This document shows positions 49,346 through 64,000 of a DNA stretch of 64,000 nt, in pieces. Numbering within the stretch: the stretch's first letter is position 1; each line of letters begins with the position of its first letter. The notes beneath the pieces are model-generated. The model saw only the letters and a program-made list of their open reading frames with translations. It had not been told where the DNA came from and did not search any database. The position numbers were made by a program, and so were the translations under genes. This stretch comes from Euglena gracilis (lineage: Eukaryota), in assembly GCA_039621445.1 (NCBI GenBank), contig CP154954.1, positions 22,828,954 to 22,892,953 of the forward strand, in the 5' to 3' direction.

Positions 49346-51882
49346 ACGTGCGTGTGGGTGCATGCGTGAGTGCATGTGTTGTGTGTGTGTGTGTGTGTTT
49401 TCGCTTTCTCGTCTTCCAAAGGTCTAAGGATTGCAGGAGGGACTCTCACCACATCTGTCCCATTTGGGGTTAGCACCCCATGTTCCACACAACGCCGCAG
49501 TGCTGCCGAAGGCCACCAATCTCTCGCCCTCCTCTTTGTCAATACAAATGTTTTTCCACTGCACAGTCTCCTCGCCTTCCTCTCCACCCACGGTAGAGCT
49601 TGCCCCACAAGCCTTCCTTCTCGCCACTGATGCCTCTGTGCCTTACCTGGTAGTTGTCTTTAGGATGCATGCCCTTCAGCTGCGTGCAATTTTCATATGA
49701 ATTTTCGTGTGAATTTTTACACAAACCCAAAAAAAAATATCCAGACAGGCCAGAAAGGATTTTCAGTCTTTGAAATGGTAAAAGTTACAGGGAAAAAGGA
49801 TATAAAATAAATTTTTCTACAAGTGATAAACGATAAAGGTTCACAGCAGGCCTTTGCTTGAGGGTTCGCAGTACCCCCCCCCGGGGGGCTGGACTGCAGC
49901 TAGTCCAAATTTGGCTAGTGGGAATTCTAGTGGACCCCCGGGGGGGGGGGGGTCCGCTAGCAGGGCTAGCTAGTGGGGAAAGAAGTTCCCCAGCGACCGG
50001 CGCAAAGCGCCGAGAAATTGGAAGCGCCAAGAACTTGTTGGGCTCCCAACACTGGCCATAAATGCCATTTTTGGCCATTTTTGGGATTCTTTGAGCAAAA
50101 TTAGCTTTAAAAAAAAATGCACCAAAAACTTCATTTTTATCTCGGCGCACAGTCAGGGGGACCCCAGGACCCCCCCCCCCCCCGAGGGGAGGGGGTTCTA
50201 GCTAGTTCTTTTTTTTTCCATTGTCTAGCAAAATGGCTAGCCAGTGGACCCCCCCAGGTCCTTAAGCAACTGTCTGGTCCACAGTTTAGCCCGGCATTGT
50301 GATGGGCAGGGGGGCATTTTTTTTGTGCCTGCAAGCAGGAATTATGCCTGGGGCGGGTGCCAGTGGCAGCTGCTTCGGGTGTGGGCTTCTTTCGAACTCG
50401 GTAACCCCCCGGGGGTGGGGGGGGGGGGCGGGCCACAGGGTCTCGGTATGGGTTCCAGTGCCAGTGCGAACTGCTGGATAGTTTTTTTGGAAAAATGCCT
50501 TCAGATGGCCGACTCATAGGTGTCCCCTCAACATGTCATCACAACAGTACCTGTGAAGCACCTGAGCGCAGGAAAAATCGGTTTCATAACATTTGGTTTG
50601 CAATTTTGGTAAACCAAAACAGAATATGGTTGGTGTGAACTTGATTTCTTTCGAACTCAAATAAAGCTCATTCAAGCTTCTGTGGCAAGGTCAAATACAC
50701 GTGTACACCCTGCTGGGTCCTAAAAAGCATATTCGGGTCCCCTGCAACACAGTTCAGCAAGTCCACCCGACTGACAACCGCTTCGCAACTGTGCCCATCT
50801 CGGGCCAACGCCAGCCCCCGCCACCCACTCTGGGTCGGACCACAGGAGCCGCCTCTCGCGCAGGGCTGCCACTCTTCCCGGCCATGTCATAGCCCAGCAG
50901 GCCCCTCAGCCCTGCACACGCCCTCCCCTCCCCCGCCGCGTCAGAGACACACCCCCACCCCCCCCTCCCGATGAAGCCCGGCTTGGCGGTGGCCCAGGTG
51001 GGCAGCGAGCTGCTGGACGTCGCCGGGTCCCTGCCGGTGTGCCTGCCGTCGACGTCGGGCCACCAACCTCCACCCCAACCCCCGTTCCGTTGCGCCGGCC
51101 ACCGCCTCCCGGCGGCATGGCGTGTCCCTCCTCCGTTGCCGCAGTTCAGCATTGCCGCCGAAGTCCCGGTGGCCAGGCCTTTCCAGAGCCAAGCCCAGAC
51201 CACCTCACCCATGACGGTTGTCCCCACGCAGGCACAGCCAGCTGGAAGAGAGCCAACTGTTCTCAGCCCACAACCTGAGCAAGGCGGGGGAAGAGGGTTG
51301 CCAGCAAAAGGCCTGCGGGCGGCAGTGGCGTCCGCCGTGCCGGTCAAAGCATCGCGGCTGATCCGCAACGTAGACGATGAGACGGCGACCTTGTATGCCG
51401 TCGGGACTCCGCTGAACGCCCCAATTCGCACCCACTGTGCCGGGAGATGTCTTAAGCCGGAGAAGACCCTACTTCGAGCGTCCACCCAGCCAGCACCATT
51501 TTTCCACCTGTTTCCAGCTGGGCTGCAGCCCCTCCTGTATTTCAGCAGGGGTCACTGAGTTTTACCCTCCACAAAGAATGTGGTTCCACATAACCAATCC
51601 GCTGTCCATAAAATATTTGAGTTAAAATTGGAGTTAAATTAAATTCAATTAAAATAAATTAATTTTGAAAAATACAGTTTAATGATAAAGAAGATTTTAT
51701 TTTTGATGTTGAAATTTAAATCGTATTGAAATTAAAGTTCAATTTAAATTTAAGATTTCAATAGAAATTGAAATCTTCAATTTGAGTTTTCATTTTTAAG
51801 TACTAAATTTTTTATTTTTTATTTTTTAAATTTGAAAATTGACTCCCCCCCCCCCCGCCAATGCCCCGTTTGTCTTCGCCAG

Positions 51883-62212
<10,330 letters not shown>

Positions 62213-62627
62213 GCGTGGCCCCCTTTTCTGTCCCGTCGTTTGGGGTCCAAAATTTGGGTCGTTCATCAGTGCCCCGTGCCCTTTTGAAGGACCGCGGCAC
62301 CACCCCCTTGCCGGAATTGCGGCCGATTTTTATTCAGGCCTGCAGGTTGGCCTAATTTGAGCCCAAATGTTGTCAAGACAGGCTGAAGAAATAGTTTTAC
62401 CTAAATTTAGGCTTAAAAAGCTGACCCTGGCCCTGTTCCATGAATACCCTCACGTTTTATTTGTGGGACCCCGGGCGGTCCCGCAAGTAATAGGCTGCTG
62501 TGTGTATACAGGTTTGGCAGGTCCCCCCCTGGGGGACCCTCTGCTCCCCAACTGCAACTGGGTGCTGGGGTTATGGGGAGGCGTAGGATTGGGGTTAGGA
62601 CGGCAGGGGGGTGGAAAATATGCACCG

Positions 62628-62760
62628 TGCAGTTTTTGCAGTTTTTTGCAGTTTTCACGTTTTGGGCTTTTTGCAGTTTTTTGCAGTTTTTTGCAGTTTT
62701 TTTGCAGATTTTTTCTGAAAAAAACTGCACACGTGCAGTTTTTTGCAGTTTTTTTTTTAA
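62628..62760. repeat. (gcagtttttt)n ~10-bp repeat; also at 63922-63990
   Basis: Directly visible in the sequence. Confidence 0.85.
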
Positions 62761-64000
62761 TCCAGTTTTTGAGGAAACCTAAGATGTTTATTTTTGGTGC
62801 TTGTTGTTTTGGTGACAAGTCCACAAAGTTTCCACCCCAATACCTGATTTGTATGCTTTCTGGAAAGCTTTAATCAATCAAGCCACAGCATTCCCAGACA
62901 TGCATATTTTTTTGTGCATGTGCCTTGCTCTGGCCCCCTCTGATGCAATTGACATCTGCATTCAGTCGGCTCTTGCCTCTTGGTGCTTTGTATTTTTTTT
63001 CCTCCACAGCTCTTGTTTTTTGCTGTGTCTGTCCGAAAGAAGGCCGCGGAGGAGACGCCGGTCAAAAGGCCAACCAGGTTTCTTTGTCCACGTTTTTTTT
63101 GTTTTGCCGAAGGAGCCTGCTCCCAGCCGCTGAAGTGCTGACGCGTACATGCATCTTTTTTTGATTTTCTGTCTTTTTTTTAACAATATTAGAGAGATGC
63201 ATGCCCATAACAGGTGCGCGACCGCCGGCAGGAGATGGAGAAGAAGCGGTGGCAATGCAATCCCGCTTTGTCAATCACTTTTGATCCCGAAGGGGATGAC
63301 CCAATGCCGAGGTCTCAGAAGATTTTTACACGCCCTCACAAGGCAAGGGTACAGACTTGGAAGAGGTCAAGCACAATGCTAATCACTTTTGTTTGTGGGG
63401 TGTGTGCTGTTGAGTGGCGGAGAGGAAGGAAAACAGCTTGGCAATGCTGCAGTTCCACATCTGCCACGACCTCTTCCCGGACTAGATGGTGGGCCCAAAC
63501 CTTGCCATTCCTTCTCTGTGGTTCATGGCATTTGTGTTGGAGATTTGTAACAAATTAGCAAGGCCTCAACCACACCGCATTCCTGATGCAGCTGCTGAAG
63601 GATCTCCACCTTCCCATGGAGACGATAAGGGATTGGGTTGCGCTTCTCCCACTCACATCGTGACATTCAATTTAGGATGATCTAAACCCAATTTGGTGCA
63701 GGAAACTGGTGTGAACCGGCATCCAAACAAATGATTTGCATTCCAGTGCATGAAAAATCATGTACAATGTACCTTGATTGACTGCTTCCATTTTTGTCGT
63801 CATCAATTCCAAAGCTGTGCAAAGAAAATTTTGGTGAATTGGGGCCTGCTCATGTGGTTGCAATTCACGTTATTTTGCATATGCACACCATTTCAGCTTG
63901 TTTACGTCATTTTTTGTTGAAGTGCAGTTTTTTGCAGTTTTTTGCAGTTTTTTTGCAGTTTTTTGCAGTTTTTTGCAGTGCAGTTTTTGACCGGCCCTTG

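Noticed and set aside
50971-51558. 195-aa ORF and overlapping minus-strand 243-aa ORF as a stand-alone gene
   Set aside because: The strand and frame are ambiguous and no domain is recognisable. It may hold 5' exons of the ankyrin gene, but this is unsupported.

Overview
This is eukaryotic nuclear DNA, most likely from a euglenid such as Euglena. That assignment is inferred from short GC-rich exons joined by a mix of conventional GT-AG introns and 'nonconventional' introns, which have Y|R junctions, CAG at about +4..+6 pairing with CTG at about -8..-6, and base-paired ends. Most long ORFs in the track are microsatellite artefacts. Manual splicing recovers parts of five plus-strand genes: an actin-fragmin-kinase-like domain (1-~2605), an RRM protein (3742-8978), a VIT-domain protein (~15900-20265), a seven-blade WD40 protein with six exact 126-nt one-repeat exons (38831-45625), and an ankyrin-repeat protein (51883-~62212). 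There are also less certain Zn-finger-like and Pro-rich exons. Introns and spacers are filled with microsatellites, many TA-flanked MITE-like families with poly-C/poly-G ends, a cluster of foldback elements carrying telomere-type repeats inside (TA)n, and a duplicated ~1.2-kb composite repeat. All calls come from reading the sequence by eye; no database searches were run.
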